Of a DNA stretch of 64,000 bases, positions 39,101-49,173 are shown one piece after another; positions within the stretch are counted from its first letter, which is position 1, and the number at the start of each line of letters is the position of its first letter. The notes under the pieces were generated by a model that saw nothing but the letters and a program-made list of their open reading frames with translations, was not told where the DNA came from and made no database searches. Both the position numbers and the translations under genes were made by a program. Source of the DNA: an uncultured virus (IMG/VR IMGVR_UViG_3300013383_000003) (lineage: Duplodnaviria; Heunggongvirae; Uroviricota; Caudoviricetes; Crassvirales); IMG/VR virus record IMGVR_UViG_3300013383_000003; one strand, given 5' to 3'.

Positions 39101-40003
39101 CAAAGTAGCTTCTATAGAAGCTTCTTCTGTATTACTAAGATTATTGTCAATATTAGATAATTGTTTCTTTAATGCAGTAATATCTAAATTCTTAAATTTC
39201 TTACATGTATTTAGAGCAGCCTCTATAAGAGTCATTTGATTATTAGTAACTGAGCCTCCCCTATATGATTCATATATTTTCTGTGCTACATCATCTAAAG
39301 AACCAAACAATTGCTTTAACCTCTTTACTTGTGAAGAGTCCTCACTAATAACTAATAAATCCTTTATTTCTCCTTTGCTTAAGTACTTATTATCAGTATT
39401 TTGCACATTAGATATCCACTGTATAGCATCTTTAGCATTAACAGCATTAAATATTGATTTACGTAAATCCGCAGTATTAATATCTATTCCTATAGAGTTC
39501 ATAGCATGTGACAACACACTCCACTGCTGTAACTGTTTATCTACTTGTAAACTTCTCATATGTGTTCTAGAGGTTTTAGCTTCAAGAACAATATTAAACT
39601 TATCTCCCTTAGAATATACAGCGGCTACTATACCTTTATAAGTATTATTTATCTTTTGTGCTTTATCAAGAGCTTTTTTAGCATCAGTAAAATCAATAGG
39701 AATATTTTGAGAATCAATAGTTCCTTCCATTCTAGCTATTCTCTCTACTCCTACGTTTTGAGACCCTAATTCTTTCTTTAAATCTACAAGGTTTAAAGCT
39801 TTTTCTACATCAGCTATAGAATGCTCACCTTGTTGATTTCTTACAAAATTATTACTATCCATCTGTGCAGCTACACTTGTAGTGTAGGCTGCATAGAAGT
39901 AGTTTGCCATGGGTCTATTTCCTGTATATTTCAATAGGTCTTTATATAATTGACTAGGTTTTCCATCTTTACCTAGAGGATATAGTACACAATCATTTCT
40001 CAT
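36152..40003 (-). CDS. giant virion protein downstream of the RNAP
   Basis: About 1283 aa; likely start MRNDC at 40003, next to the RNAP stop. Confidence 0.75.
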   Translation of the reverse strand: MRNDCVLYPLGKDGKPSQLYKDLLKYTGNRPMANYFYAAYTTSVAAQMDSNNFVRNQQGEHSIADVEKALNLVDLKKELGSQNVGVERIARMEGTIDSQNIPIDFTDAKKALDKAQKINNTYKGIVAAVYSKGDKFNIVLEAKTSRTHMRSLQVDKQLQQWSVLSHAMNSIGIDINTADLRKSIFNAVNAKDAIQWISNVQNTDNKYLSKGEIKDLLVISEDSSQVKRLKQLFGSLDDVAQKIYESYRGGSVTNNQMTLIEAALNTCKKFKNLDITALKKQLSNIDNNLSNTEEASIEATLQSLNKQYKIDFNEVLLIGNRIRSLSRAASEAAVTLQRQLNQIVSTQGVTPEALRVEKTLSIITKELSGNNYYAGLLGFLGEATLQIQQLETLIKNTPQSGTNLEKAAALSSTLMQVKRITEGYEHILKALSKADTMLTDEDMSTQEIQNLKDQASKLVGFFDKYKNVIEDLKVENMTNIATEFLGDKLPNGEAVVNIVSMANADSSIYDILYSMGTVSNPLIAVMGNIIRDAQSGRDAKMNDISLRIRRAENALRKSGSTSAFMYENNGYIISDIDWNTYIRHKNTHKMRLEKLGYKGLSLKEAMDNWEEANTEDRVVDKVSGRTERVPNSNYRKPFPQLTKEQQEYYDTMMQIKGELGTLLPPYAQRQYVPPQIRRSFWDATRESIKNGDFKGIVKALRNKFKDLVTIREDDTRYGQQGTVNTEEYTLYSGTMDNTPFRQIPIFFINKINDSNELFKDFSSAIQHLAGTAINYEAMNNIKDTVEFMQDYIVNQEVAASDGSNQRKAELIENNGIRIFKSLTAFSNKSNTISLVNGFINSAIYGEHVKIGKWHYLLRNLIQYTSIKNLALNVKGMISNATVGNLQLIIEAGGGEFFGFKDLAWAEAKLFGNAVTKTPGEIVDWVTNSKNSKAALLGQLFDPTDDNFERASHKRYDRGIINKLISTDLSMIGYGAGDAFLRFTTMYAVLHNTKVKLNGKEVSLYDIFNIQNNKDGNSELVFDKNATYTNNEEKEVPIDNVFIQTIRKKIRYVNQTTQGAMNTEDKGYIQQYMAGRLILNMRQWMIEHYARRYRSKHWDARLEEYREGFYRTTFDFAADLFKDAINLEFQIGAHWNKLDTLQKANVRRALTELSVLSCLLTLGFALGEPDEHKRGWWLRMFMYQVKRSTVDVNGSTPWGIPMEMNTLINSPVAATNTVNSLLYPFVCIDDIGETIKSGPHKGENKYWRNIKKYTVPFYGQLEQIYNMGEDESVFNIFNKNIMQK

Positions 40004-40004
40004 T

Positions 40005-43000
40005 TCAACATAATTTTTCAAATTCCTTGTTTAAAGATTCCTCATTATAAGGTACTTTTAATTCTGTAAGCCTTCTTCTTAGGAAATCTTTTATTCTTGT
40101 TTCCATAGATTCTTTCTGCTCTGCAGGAAGGCTCTTAGCCTCTTGTATTGTGGCTTCAGCCTCTTCAAAAGTTTTTCCATCTGTCATAAATATTCTATGT
40201 AATAAATCTACTTGCTCTTGTTTAGACTGTGTTATCTCAGCATCTTGTGTATCTGTAGTAGTTGGGAAGATTTCTCCGTAGTCAATAGTATCATCCATAA
40301 GGCTATCAAAGTTTTCAATAGGATTCTTACTAACATCTGTGATTTCAACGTAATCTTTATTACTTCCTAGAGGTTTAACTTCTTTATAAGCTCTAGTTCC
40401 TTCTGCTTTATAAGTAAGCTTATATATTTTATAAGAATCTTCTGTCTTTATTTTAAAATATTGAGCATTGCCTACTATATCCAAGCTATCTTGGTCTGTA
40501 ATAATAATATTATCTCCTTGTTCTACCCATCTTATACCTTCCTTTATAGGTACTAATTTATTATTATCCCAATTATTCCTTACAAATTGGTCATACACTA
40601 CCTCAGGAACTACTTTAGGTAATAATCTATAAGTATCTACATATCCCTTAATTCTTTCTTTTACATATACAGGAGTCAAAGAGATAAAAGTCTTAGGATT
40701 AAATCCTATTCCTCCTCTAAAAAAACAATACTTAAATAGCTTCTCTGATAATTCTGGATTTTTCCTATGTAAGTCTATCCAAGCACTACTTAAAGTTTCC
40801 TTATAAGTAGAATCAAGCCCAGTAGTATCTATTTTTAGTACCATTCTTCCTGCTTTATCAGTATCATACTTAATAGCTTGAATTAAAGCATTATCAGAAT
40901 ATTGAGCTTTATATTTTTTATTATAAAATTCTTTTGGAAATTTTGTTATATAGTAATACAACTCATCTTTATTAATAGTACCATTAGCTGTGAGTAAATA
41001 CGATTGATAAAAATCACTTAAATCACTTAGTATCTTTCTATTTCCCAGTAAATAACTATTATTTTCAAAGATATAATTTAAGATTTCTCTAAAGCCTATA
41101 CTATTAGCTGGCATTCCTTTAAATAATTCATTGGCTATATCATAAGATTTGCTAAACTGCTTTAGAATAGGATGCTTTTCAAGTAACTCTGTTAGTCCTA
41201 TGGGGGTTTCTCTAGCATCTAAAATATTACTTTCTAATACTAGTTTTAAAGCTTTATATTTGGCTATAAGATTATCTATAATGAGTGGTCCTACAGCACT
41301 TGTAATAGAGTTATATCTAGTAGCAAATGTTAGTAATTGTAGGGATTGTGATAATTTAAGAAGATTCTGTAGAGCTATCAGCACCTTATAATTGATTTCC
41401 TGAGTCCCTTCTTTTAATCCTTGAATAAGCTCTTTTTTTGTAAGTGCCTCTTTGTTAAGAGCACTTTCTTTAGTAATGTGAGCATCTTTAATAATCTTAT
41501 TCTTAAGTCTTTCTACTATATTATATAAAGGTGTATTACCTGTAATATTTGCCTTATTATATTCATTAAGAACCTCAGTAATAATGTTCTGAGATAAGAA
41601 TAAAGAAGCATCTTCAAATGGCATTCCAAGTCTTATAAGAGTAATAAGAATATTAGCAGTATTACTATTAATATTCATAAGATTTAACACAGGGTCTTTT
41701 ACAGCATCTACAGAACTTGCTACAAGACATCCTAATACTTTACCTAAAGATTCTCCCTTAATATTATTTCTAGGGTCTATAGTCATTTTATGTGTAAAAG
41801 TCATGTTTCCTATAGTGAATGACTCTCCCACTCCACAAGCATTAAAGACATTAACTTTATACCCTTCATTTTCTATAACAGCATGTGCTACTCTATTAAC
41901 AGCAAATATGCCTATAAGAGCTCCTGCAGCATTATTTTGTTTATAGAATTGCACATGAGTATCAATAAACATCAAATTTTTACCTTTTACAGCTAAGTTT
42001 TTGAGGTCTTCAGTTTTCATTTTAGAAAGCTGCTCATAACTCATATCAGTATTTTTTGTTGCTGTTATAAGATAGCCCATTCTTTTTTGAGGTTCAAATC
42101 CTCCAGGGTTAAGCATTTCTGCAGCACTAGATTCCTGTGTTAATACTTCATAAGTCATATCTACAATTTTATTATTTCTATAGATTCTACCTTCTGTAGG
42201 TTTTTCTATAGTATAGGCGTTTTGTAAATACAACCTTAGCATCTTATTATAAGCCCCTTCTGGTAAAGACATTACTCCTTCTGCAGTTCTTTGATTAACA
42301 AGAGCATTCTTACTAAAAGGATTATCTAAGAACATACTAACTAAATCTCCAAGTTGCTGCTTTAATTCAAAACTTAACTTTCCACTTTGTGATTCTACTA
42401 AGGAATCATATAATATTTTATGTAATCCAGACTTAGAGGTTTTAGTTCTTTTAATATTTAAATCTTTCAGCATTAAATATGCTTTATCTATATCGTAGTC
42501 AGAGCCATTAATTAGTGTTATATCATAAGGCATCATTATGCCATCTCCTGCTTCCCTAGGTAAGAATCCTACAATCTTCATAGGAGCTATAGAATATTTA
42601 CTTTCAGTGGGTATTCTATAGCCAATCATCTTTAATAGGTCAGGGTCAAGAGCCTCTATAGCTTCTATATTAATATTACCTTCTTTATCAGCAAATTGGT
42701 TAAATAACTCATTAGTATAAATAGGGGCAAATACTTCATAATAAGCTATGCCTCCTTGATTTTCTTTTACATATTCTAAATATTCAGTTTCTCTATTTTT
42801 TCCTTCGGTATTTAAAATTTTCTTTGCATAGAAACCTAATGCTTTTTTATCACTGCTATCCCTGTCTTTCCCTTTAGAAAGTTTCCTTTCTTTACTCCAA
42901 GTTTCGTAAGTTTCTCGTCTAGCTTCTTTATCCAAGTATCTTGACTGGATGTATTCTTTTTCTGTTCCAACATAATTATCTTTTAAATTTTGTATTAATA

Positions 43001-46000
43001 ATTCTATATTATCTCCAAATTCATCAGCATTTTTTGAAAATGCTAGTAATGTAATTTCATTAGTAGTTTCATTAAAAGTGTAATCCATAAATCCTGACTT
43101 TTCTAATATATCAGGAACATTATCAGCATTTTTTACTTTTATTTTAAGGGCTAAAGCATCTGCTGCCTCTTCAGAATTTGCTGAATTATAAGAAATTACA
43201 GCTTCTTGTTGCTCATATCCTAAATCCCCCATTATAGAAGCAAATAAGTCAGCTTTTGATTTATCTGTCGTATTTAATTCAAAAGTGTAACTAAGTTCTC
43301 TTACTTGTGTACCTACAGTTTCACCTTCTTGAAACTGAAAACCTCCTATATTCTTACTAAAACTTGCTATAGAGATACCTAAGTTATTAGCTACCTCTTG
43401 CGCTTTATCTAAGAATATTTTTTGTATTTTATTAGTAATTTCTTCTTTATTGCTTTCTGTTATTTTAGTATTATAATAGGGAGCTATAGTAGTATATATA
43501 GGTTCTATAGGTGTAGTGGTTTTCTTAGAGCTCTGCCATTCTTCTCTAGTCTTTAATAAACCTCCATTTTTATCTTTAAATCTAATATTTAATTCTCTTG
43601 AAGTACCAAAATTAGTAACCTGTACTACAGGGCCTCCCTTTATTTCCTGTTTATTAACTCTATTCTTTATAATAGAATTGATAAGTTGTTCTACTCTCTT
43701 ACTTTGTATTGGGTCTCCAAGAGGAATCCTAAACTTTCCATTCTCATCAACAGAGCAGGCCTGTAATAAATCTATACTATATCTAGAGCTTGATAATATT
43801 TCTCTCTGTAATAGTTTACTTAGGGCAATATTTCTTTCTTTAGCATTATAATCATTTAAATGTAGTTCTTCACTTAATTCTTTTAAGCTTTCTTCTATAT
43901 TAGCTGCTATAGTATCTTCATATTCTTTTTTAAATTCTTCAGCTGAAAGTTTTCTACCTTCTACATTATAAGTAACCTCATTACCATAAGCATCTTTATC
44001 TGCAAGCTCTGAAACTATAATATATCTAAGTTGAGAACCATGCATTTGTTCATGATTTTTAAAGTGCTCTGGTACTTCTTGCTGCAATGTATAATCCTCT
44101 AGGTCTAAAGTATCTACATAATCAGGGTTATATTCAGTGCTTTTACTTTCTATAGCAATAGTTTCTACTTCTCCTGTAACACTATTAAGCCTTTGTGTAG
44201 TAATAGGTTCTGTTTTATATATACAAGCCTCTAATACAGCTTTGGCTTTAGCTTCACCATTAGCATCATTAATATATTTATTAATATCTATAGCACCATG
44301 TAATCCTGACTTTACTGTAGATTCAAACTGTACAGTATCTATACCATCAGTTTTATAATTACCATCAGCATCATAATGGCTATTTTCCATTACTTCATAT
44401 ATAGCCCTTAATAAATTAGGTCTTCCTGTATTTTCTCCTTGCAGTATAGCATCTGCCATAATCAGAAGATATTCAGAGTTTTTATTTTGTACAGGTACTT
44501 TTAAATTTGTTATAGGAGCTTCTGATACGCCAGAAGACATCTCGTGTTGACTATAAACAAAAGGCTTTAGAGGCTGAAAAGCAATATTTAAATCGCTATA
44601 GTTATAATCACCTTTTCTTAGTTTTTGATAAATCTCTTCAGCTTTAGTGCTCCATTTACCAAACATCAAGGCTTTCTTTCTATAAGAAGTAGGAGAAGCA
44701 TAGCCTTGAGCATCTGCAACATTAATTTTTCTATAAGCACCATCTTTTCCAACTAAGGATTCTTTAAGTGCTTTAAGAGCTGTTTTTTGTTCTCTAGGAG
44801 CTTCTGCTATCTTTTTATCAAACACTACAGAGATATTATCTATAATATTAGATATAAAGTTATCAAAGTCTTTTAAGTATAAAGTTCTAGTTTTGCCATC
44901 TGTAACTCTCTGACCTTTATAATCCAACACATTAATGTTAGCTCTAATTCCTGGAGAATGAAGCTGTGCAAGTCTCTTTTGCAAATCTTCAGCATCTTTA
45001 TAATAAGCTATATCAGTAATAGTTAGTTCTATTATATTCATTGCTGCAAAGGTATCATTCCATACAAAATTTTCAAGATTATGCATTATCTCTGCTTTAG
45101 AACTTCCTATTCCTGTAATCTTCTTAGCAGCTTTTACTATACCATTATCATTCCACTGTTCTACTATAGCTTTAGCTCTAGTTTCCATAGTATCATAAAT
45201 AGCATCATAAGCTAATTTATATAGTTGTGCTTCATCTATCTCTTTACCATCAATCTTATCTTTAAGTAGTTTACCAAGTTCACTGTCTTTTTTCTTCCCT
45301 ATAAGATAATCATTCATAAAATCAAGGAAGCAAAATTTCTTACCATTTTTATCAAAGTTCTTTATAAATCTTGGGTCTTTGCTATCAAGATTTCTCATCA
45401 TTACAGTCTGGATTCTACTTAATTCTTGATTAAATATATCCATAAAACCATTAGTGAGTGTATCTTTATAGTTAACTCCTCGTTCACTATAAAATCTTAT
45501 AAACTCTGAAGAAGGTTTGTTAGATAGCATAGGAACTCTGAACCATGCAGGAACTTTAGATTGTGTATCATTAGTAGCTTCTGAAAAATATTCTGTAATT
45601 AATGATAGGGTATACTGCAAATTATCCATATTCTTCATATAGTTGTGCTTATCAAAATTAAGCTGTACTTTATGACTGAATATTTCTCTAGACTTTCTAT
45701 CAGTAACTAAGGCTTTTAACCATGCATTTCTCCATCCTCTCTCAATATCAGTACCATTATGAAACCATTCTGAGTTACCATATTCCGACATTATAAAGTT
45801 ATCAAAGGATTCTCCCTTTTGCTTAAATTTAGTAATTAACTTAGTCATATAAGAAGGAGTAATATAACTTTGATACATCTTTCCACTATCATAAAAAGCA
45901 GAAACCATAGTATCTTCAAGTCCTTCAGTAATAGGCTTTAAGAATTCTCTAACATTACCTACTATACTGCCCTCTGACTTAAAAGTAAAAGGTGTATAAG

Positions 46001-48818
46001 TCTTATTGTCTAAGTTTTTACCAAGAGCATCTACTATATAGTATAAAGCACTGTACATCTTTCGGTAATTCTCATTATTAAGATTTTGTTTTACCATATC
46101 TGGAGTAACATAATATCCTAATATATTTGAGATATAACCTAATGTATTGGCGACTTCATTTTTATTAGCCTCATTATTAATATCATATCCAGAATGCTTA
46201 AATTTTTCCAAGCTTTCAAAGGCTTCTTTCAGCTCTTTATAATTATGTCTATTAATACCTTCAGAAGTAAATAAAGGGTGCTCTCCTACTTTATATTGTG
46301 TAGTAATTTGTGTTATAGCTTCTGTAAGAGCTGGGTTATTATTTACTATAATACTTTTATATTTACCATTTTCTTTAATTACTACAGAATAAGGTTGGAA
46401 ATGCTTGCAAAAGGTACTAAAAAACTGACTTTGAAAATCACTTTCTTTGCCTGTAGTATCTATAAGTCTTTCTATAACTTGTTTAAGCCAAGGATTTTTA
46501 TTTTGTTGTTCTTGTAACTTTGCTACCATGTCCTCAAGAGTTAATGCACCTTGTGTTAACCTCAATATAGTATTAGTAGCTTGTCTTACATTAACTCTCT
46601 CTTTTATACCAAATTCAGAAACTATAGGATTACCATTATTATCTAGTTGATAGCATTGCAATAAAGCTTTCTTTACTAGTTGTGACATGCTTCCTAGCAC
46701 ATCTAGGCATCTTGATTCAATTTGCCAATGTTCTTGTAGATTACCCTCTGCTTCCTCTACACTATCTGAATCATTAGATTCATTAAAGTTATCAGCATCT
46801 GCAAATATATCTTCATTTACCTCATTAACCTTACCATCATTAGAAGATACTATACTAAAATTCTCTGTATTTAAGAATGTATTTTGTGCTATAGCCATTA
46901 TAGCTTCCCAGTTATCTGTAATAGCAGTAGCTTTGTCTATAGTATCAAAGCTATCAAAATCATTATTTTCAGGAGAAAACTTTTGTTTACACATCTCCAT
47001 AATGTTATCTACACCTATAGTTCTGACTACATCAGCTCTAGACATTGCAGAGAAATTTTTTCCTTCAAATCTATCTCCATAGATAGTTTTAGCTAACTCT
47101 GGATTCTCCTGTAATTCAGTAATATGGTCTGAAATCCAATATACAGCTTGTTCAGCTATATGTCTTACTTCTGTTGCAGAAAGGAGATTATCATTAAGAA
47201 GATTATCTATTTGCTTTATTATTTTTTGCTGTTTTGTTATATAAGAATCTTCAGTGGAGAGTTTATCATTGTCAAAGTAATCACTACTACCTGTATAATC
47301 ATCAATACCTCCCCTTAAATCCTTATTAGCAGCATTAAAGTACTCTTGAGATATAGACATAATCTCTTCTAAAGCAGAGTTTTTAAGTTCTATCCCTTGT
47401 GCTTTGAATACTTTATTAAATAGATTTGTGATATAGTTTATAAACCTTTTAAAAGCATTCTCTTTCTTATCTATCTTTATTTTACTAAGCACTATTTGAA
47501 ATTCTCTATTAGTTAGAGCTTCAGCTATAAATTCTTTAGCATTAGTTAAACCATACCATTCAGTTCCTTTTAATTGCTCTTTGCATTGAAGATATAAATT
47601 CCATGTATTAGTTGCAAACTCTGTTTGTGCCTCATTAAATCCTTTTATTTTAGACCAAGAAGGATGATAATTTAAGATTTCAGCAGTAACAGAATGTACC
47701 AATTCATGTGTTAATACCTTCATTAGATTTCCTTTTATATTATTTCTATCATCAGTCATTAGATATTCTAATAATAATGAAGGATTGAATCTTATAGTAG
47801 CTGTTTTAAAACCATCTTGCTTTCTTGCTGCTATACTAGGTAAAGAAGAGTCTATCACTATATTAATAGGAATATCATTATTCCTTAATATCCCAACTAT
47901 TTGTTTAAATAGTTGGTGATAAGGATTGTCAGGTTTTGCTTTACTTAAAAGGTCATCTATTAAGGAATTATCAAGAGTTACACCTTCTTGTTTTAGTATT
48001 TCTAAAGCATTTTCACTTTCTTGCTTAGCCTTTTCACTAGAATAATAATCCTCTCTTTCAAGTAATTTAAGGTCTTTATTTATCTCTTCTTGCCTTGCAG
48101 TAGCTTGCTCTGTATGCCATCCTTTTACTAAATCCTCTATTAAATTAGGATTCTCCAATTTACTTAGAAGATTTTCAAGTCTAGATAGGTTGTGAATAAT
48201 ATTACCATAATTATCTACTCTAACATTAGTATTATATTCTCTATTAAAAGCAGCTACTTTTTTTCTTAATGCTCCTACTTTTCTTTTTAATGGAAGAAAC
48301 TCAAAGTCTCTCTTAGCTATCTCCATTAAACCAAGAACATTATTTAAAGCTCTTACTTTTCGTTTTACAGCATCTATTCTATTATCTATAGTGTTTCTTA
48401 AAGAAGATTCAGATTCTCCATCATAAGAAATATCAAGTTCATTATCTCTATAATAATCTATATTATAATTAGCAGGCCTTCCAACAACTACATCATAAGT
48501 ATTATTTTTCTTTTCTATAATAGACACACTATTATCTCCAAAGAATTTCTTTGCATTAGTAGCTTCTACATTAGCCATTTCTAATGTAAGACAGTTAATA
48601 GGAGAAGAGTATTGTTTTCTCCATAATTCTATAATATCTTTATTACCCTCAAAAGGTTTTGGCTTTAAAAGATTATTTACCTCTTCTACTGTAGGAAATC
48701 TATCATTATTCTCAGCATTTTGTCTTTTATGAATAATTAATTCCAGCATAGGAGAAGAAATATCTACTTTATTAAGGAGGTATTTAAACTCCTTTGAACT
48801 AGTATTTACACAACTCAT
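40005..48818 (-). CDS. single-chain virion RNA polymerase (two-barrel) with N-terminal zincin domain
   Basis: 2937 aa; GYRIPTE and GSDYDIDK (catalytic DxDxD), ASSVDAVKDP, THELVH...EFIAE. Confidence 0.92.
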   Translation of the reverse strand: MSCVNTSSKEFKYLLNKVDISSPMLELIIHKRQNAENNDRFPTVEEVNNLLKPKPFEGNKDIIELWRKQYSSPINCLTLEMANVEATNAKKFFGDNSVSIIEKKNNTYDVVVGRPANYNIDYYRDNELDISYDGESESSLRNTIDNRIDAVKRKVRALNNVLGLMEIAKRDFEFLPLKRKVGALRKKVAAFNREYNTNVRVDNYGNIIHNLSRLENLLSKLENPNLIEDLVKGWHTEQATARQEEINKDLKLLEREDYYSSEKAKQESENALEILKQEGVTLDNSLIDDLLSKAKPDNPYHQLFKQIVGILRNNDIPINIVIDSSLPSIAARKQDGFKTATIRFNPSLLLEYLMTDDRNNIKGNLMKVLTHELVHSVTAEILNYHPSWSKIKGFNEAQTEFATNTWNLYLQCKEQLKGTEWYGLTNAKEFIAEALTNREFQIVLSKIKIDKKENAFKRFINYITNLFNKVFKAQGIELKNSALEEIMSISQEYFNAANKDLRGGIDDYTGSSDYFDNDKLSTEDSYITKQQKIIKQIDNLLNDNLLSATEVRHIAEQAVYWISDHITELQENPELAKTIYGDRFEGKNFSAMSRADVVRTIGVDNIMEMCKQKFSPENNDFDSFDTIDKATAITDNWEAIMAIAQNTFLNTENFSIVSSNDGKVNEVNEDIFADADNFNESNDSDSVEEAEGNLQEHWQIESRCLDVLGSMSQLVKKALLQCYQLDNNGNPIVSEFGIKERVNVRQATNTILRLTQGALTLEDMVAKLQEQQNKNPWLKQVIERLIDTTGKESDFQSQFFSTFCKHFQPYSVVIKENGKYKSIIVNNNPALTEAITQITTQYKVGEHPLFTSEGINRHNYKELKEAFESLEKFKHSGYDINNEANKNEVANTLGYISNILGYYVTPDMVKQNLNNENYRKMYSALYYIVDALGKNLDNKTYTPFTFKSEGSIVGNVREFLKPITEGLEDTMVSAFYDSGKMYQSYITPSYMTKLITKFKQKGESFDNFIMSEYGNSEWFHNGTDIERGWRNAWLKALVTDRKSREIFSHKVQLNFDKHNYMKNMDNLQYTLSLITEYFSEATNDTQSKVPAWFRVPMLSNKPSSEFIRFYSERGVNYKDTLTNGFMDIFNQELSRIQTVMMRNLDSKDPRFIKNFDKNGKKFCFLDFMNDYLIGKKKDSELGKLLKDKIDGKEIDEAQLYKLAYDAIYDTMETRAKAIVEQWNDNGIVKAAKKITGIGSSKAEIMHNLENFVWNDTFAAMNIIELTITDIAYYKDAEDLQKRLAQLHSPGIRANINVLDYKGQRVTDGKTRTLYLKDFDNFISNIIDNISVVFDKKIAEAPREQKTALKALKESLVGKDGAYRKINVADAQGYASPTSYRKKALMFGKWSTKAEEIYQKLRKGDYNYSDLNIAFQPLKPFVYSQHEMSSGVSEAPITNLKVPVQNKNSEYLLIMADAILQGENTGRPNLLRAIYEVMENSHYDADGNYKTDGIDTVQFESTVKSGLHGAIDINKYINDANGEAKAKAVLEACIYKTEPITTQRLNSVTGEVETIAIESKSTEYNPDYVDTLDLEDYTLQQEVPEHFKNHEQMHGSQLRYIIVSELADKDAYGNEVTYNVEGRKLSAEEFKKEYEDTIAANIEESLKELSEELHLNDYNAKERNIALSKLLQREILSSSRYSIDLLQACSVDENGKFRIPLGDPIQSKRVEQLINSIIKNRVNKQEIKGGPVVQVTNFGTSRELNIRFKDKNGGLLKTREEWQSSKKTTTPIEPIYTTIAPYYNTKITESNKEEITNKIQKIFLDKAQEVANNLGISIASFSKNIGGFQFQEGETVGTQVRELSYTFELNTTDKSKADLFASIMGDLGYEQQEAVISYNSANSEEAADALALKIKVKNADNVPDILEKSGFMDYTFNETTNEITLLAFSKNADEFGDNIELLIQNLKDNYVGTEKEYIQSRYLDKEARRETYETWSKERKLSKGKDRDSSDKKALGFYAKKILNTEGKNRETEYLEYVKENQGGIAYYEVFAPIYTNELFNQFADKEGNINIEAIEALDPDLLKMIGYRIPTESKYSIAPMKIVGFLPREAGDGIMMPYDITLINGSDYDIDKAYLMLKDLNIKRTKTSKSGLHKILYDSLVESQSGKLSFELKQQLGDLVSMFLDNPFSKNALVNQRTAEGVMSLPEGAYNKMLRLYLQNAYTIEKPTEGRIYRNNKIVDMTYEVLTQESSAAEMLNPGGFEPQKRMGYLITATKNTDMSYEQLSKMKTEDLKNLAVKGKNLMFIDTHVQFYKQNNAAGALIGIFAVNRVAHAVIENEGYKVNVFNACGVGESFTIGNMTFTHKMTIDPRNNIKGESLGKVLGCLVASSVDAVKDPVLNLMNINSNTANILITLIRLGMPFEDASLFLSQNIITEVLNEYNKANITGNTPLYNIVERLKNKIIKDAHITKESALNKEALTKKELIQGLKEGTQEINYKVLIALQNLLKLSQSLQLLTFATRYNSITSAVGPLIIDNLIAKYKALKLVLESNILDARETPIGLTELLEKHPILKQFSKSYDIANELFKGMPANSIGFREILNYIFENNSYLLGNRKILSDLSDFYQSYLLTANGTINKDELYYYITKFPKEFYNKKYKAQYSDNALIQAIKYDTDKAGRMVLKIDTTGLDSTYKETLSSAWIDLHRKNPELSEKLFKYCFFRGGIGFNPKTFISLTPVYVKERIKGYVDTYRLLPKVVPEVVYDQFVRNNWDNNKLVPIKEGIRWVEQGDNIIITDQDSLDIVGNAQYFKIKTEDSYKIYKLTYKAEGTRAYKEVKPLGSNKDYVEITDVSKNPIENFDSLMDDTIDYGEIFPTTTDTQDAEITQSKQEQVDLLHRIFMTDGKTFEEAEATIQEAKSLPAEQKESMETRIKDFLRRRLTELKVPYNEESLNKEFEKLC

Positions 48819-48848
48819 ATTGCATATAATTTTATTTTATGTAGTTTC

Positions 48849-48858
48849 TGCAAATATA
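48849..48858 (-). promoter_or_regulatory. Bacteroidota-type -7 promoter element for the vRNAP operon
   Basis: TATATTTGCA on the - strand, 30 nt before ATG 48818. Confidence 0.7.
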
Positions 48859-48913
48859 CAGTTTTATTCTTATTTTACAAAACACTTAATTATAGGTATT
48901 ACAGAGAGTAAGT

Positions 48914-48949
48914 AAAAAAATAAGGGAGAAGCATATTGCCTCTCCCCTT
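48914..48949 (-). terminator. terminator ending the replication arm
   Basis: Hairpin AAGGGAGAAGCA-TAT-TGCCTCTCCCCTT, with A7 on its left side (U-tail on the - strand). Confidence 0.75.
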
Positions 48950-48957
48950 TATAAATA

Positions 48958-49173
48958 TTACTCTATTTCCTTCTTTAAATCTTCAATCCTCATATCAAGT
49001 ATCATAGAGTATTGTAGCATAATTTTGTACTGAGCCTTAAGTAATTCTCTTTGCTTATCACTTATAGTTTTGTATTCTTTCTTTATAAAATTACCAAGCC
49101 TTGATATCTTAATATTAAGCTCTTGTTGTTCTTGCTCTACTTTTACTAAAGCAGTAGTTATATCACTTTTCAT
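48958..49173 (-). CDS. small helical protein (crAss001_48-like)
   Basis: E..EL..KI..L..FI...Q..LL..Q...M..Y..IL..RI pattern. Confidence 0.6.
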   Translation of the reverse strand: MKSDITTALVKVEQEQQELNIKISRLGNFIKKEYKTISDKQRELLKAQYKIMLQYSMILDMRIEDLKKEIE

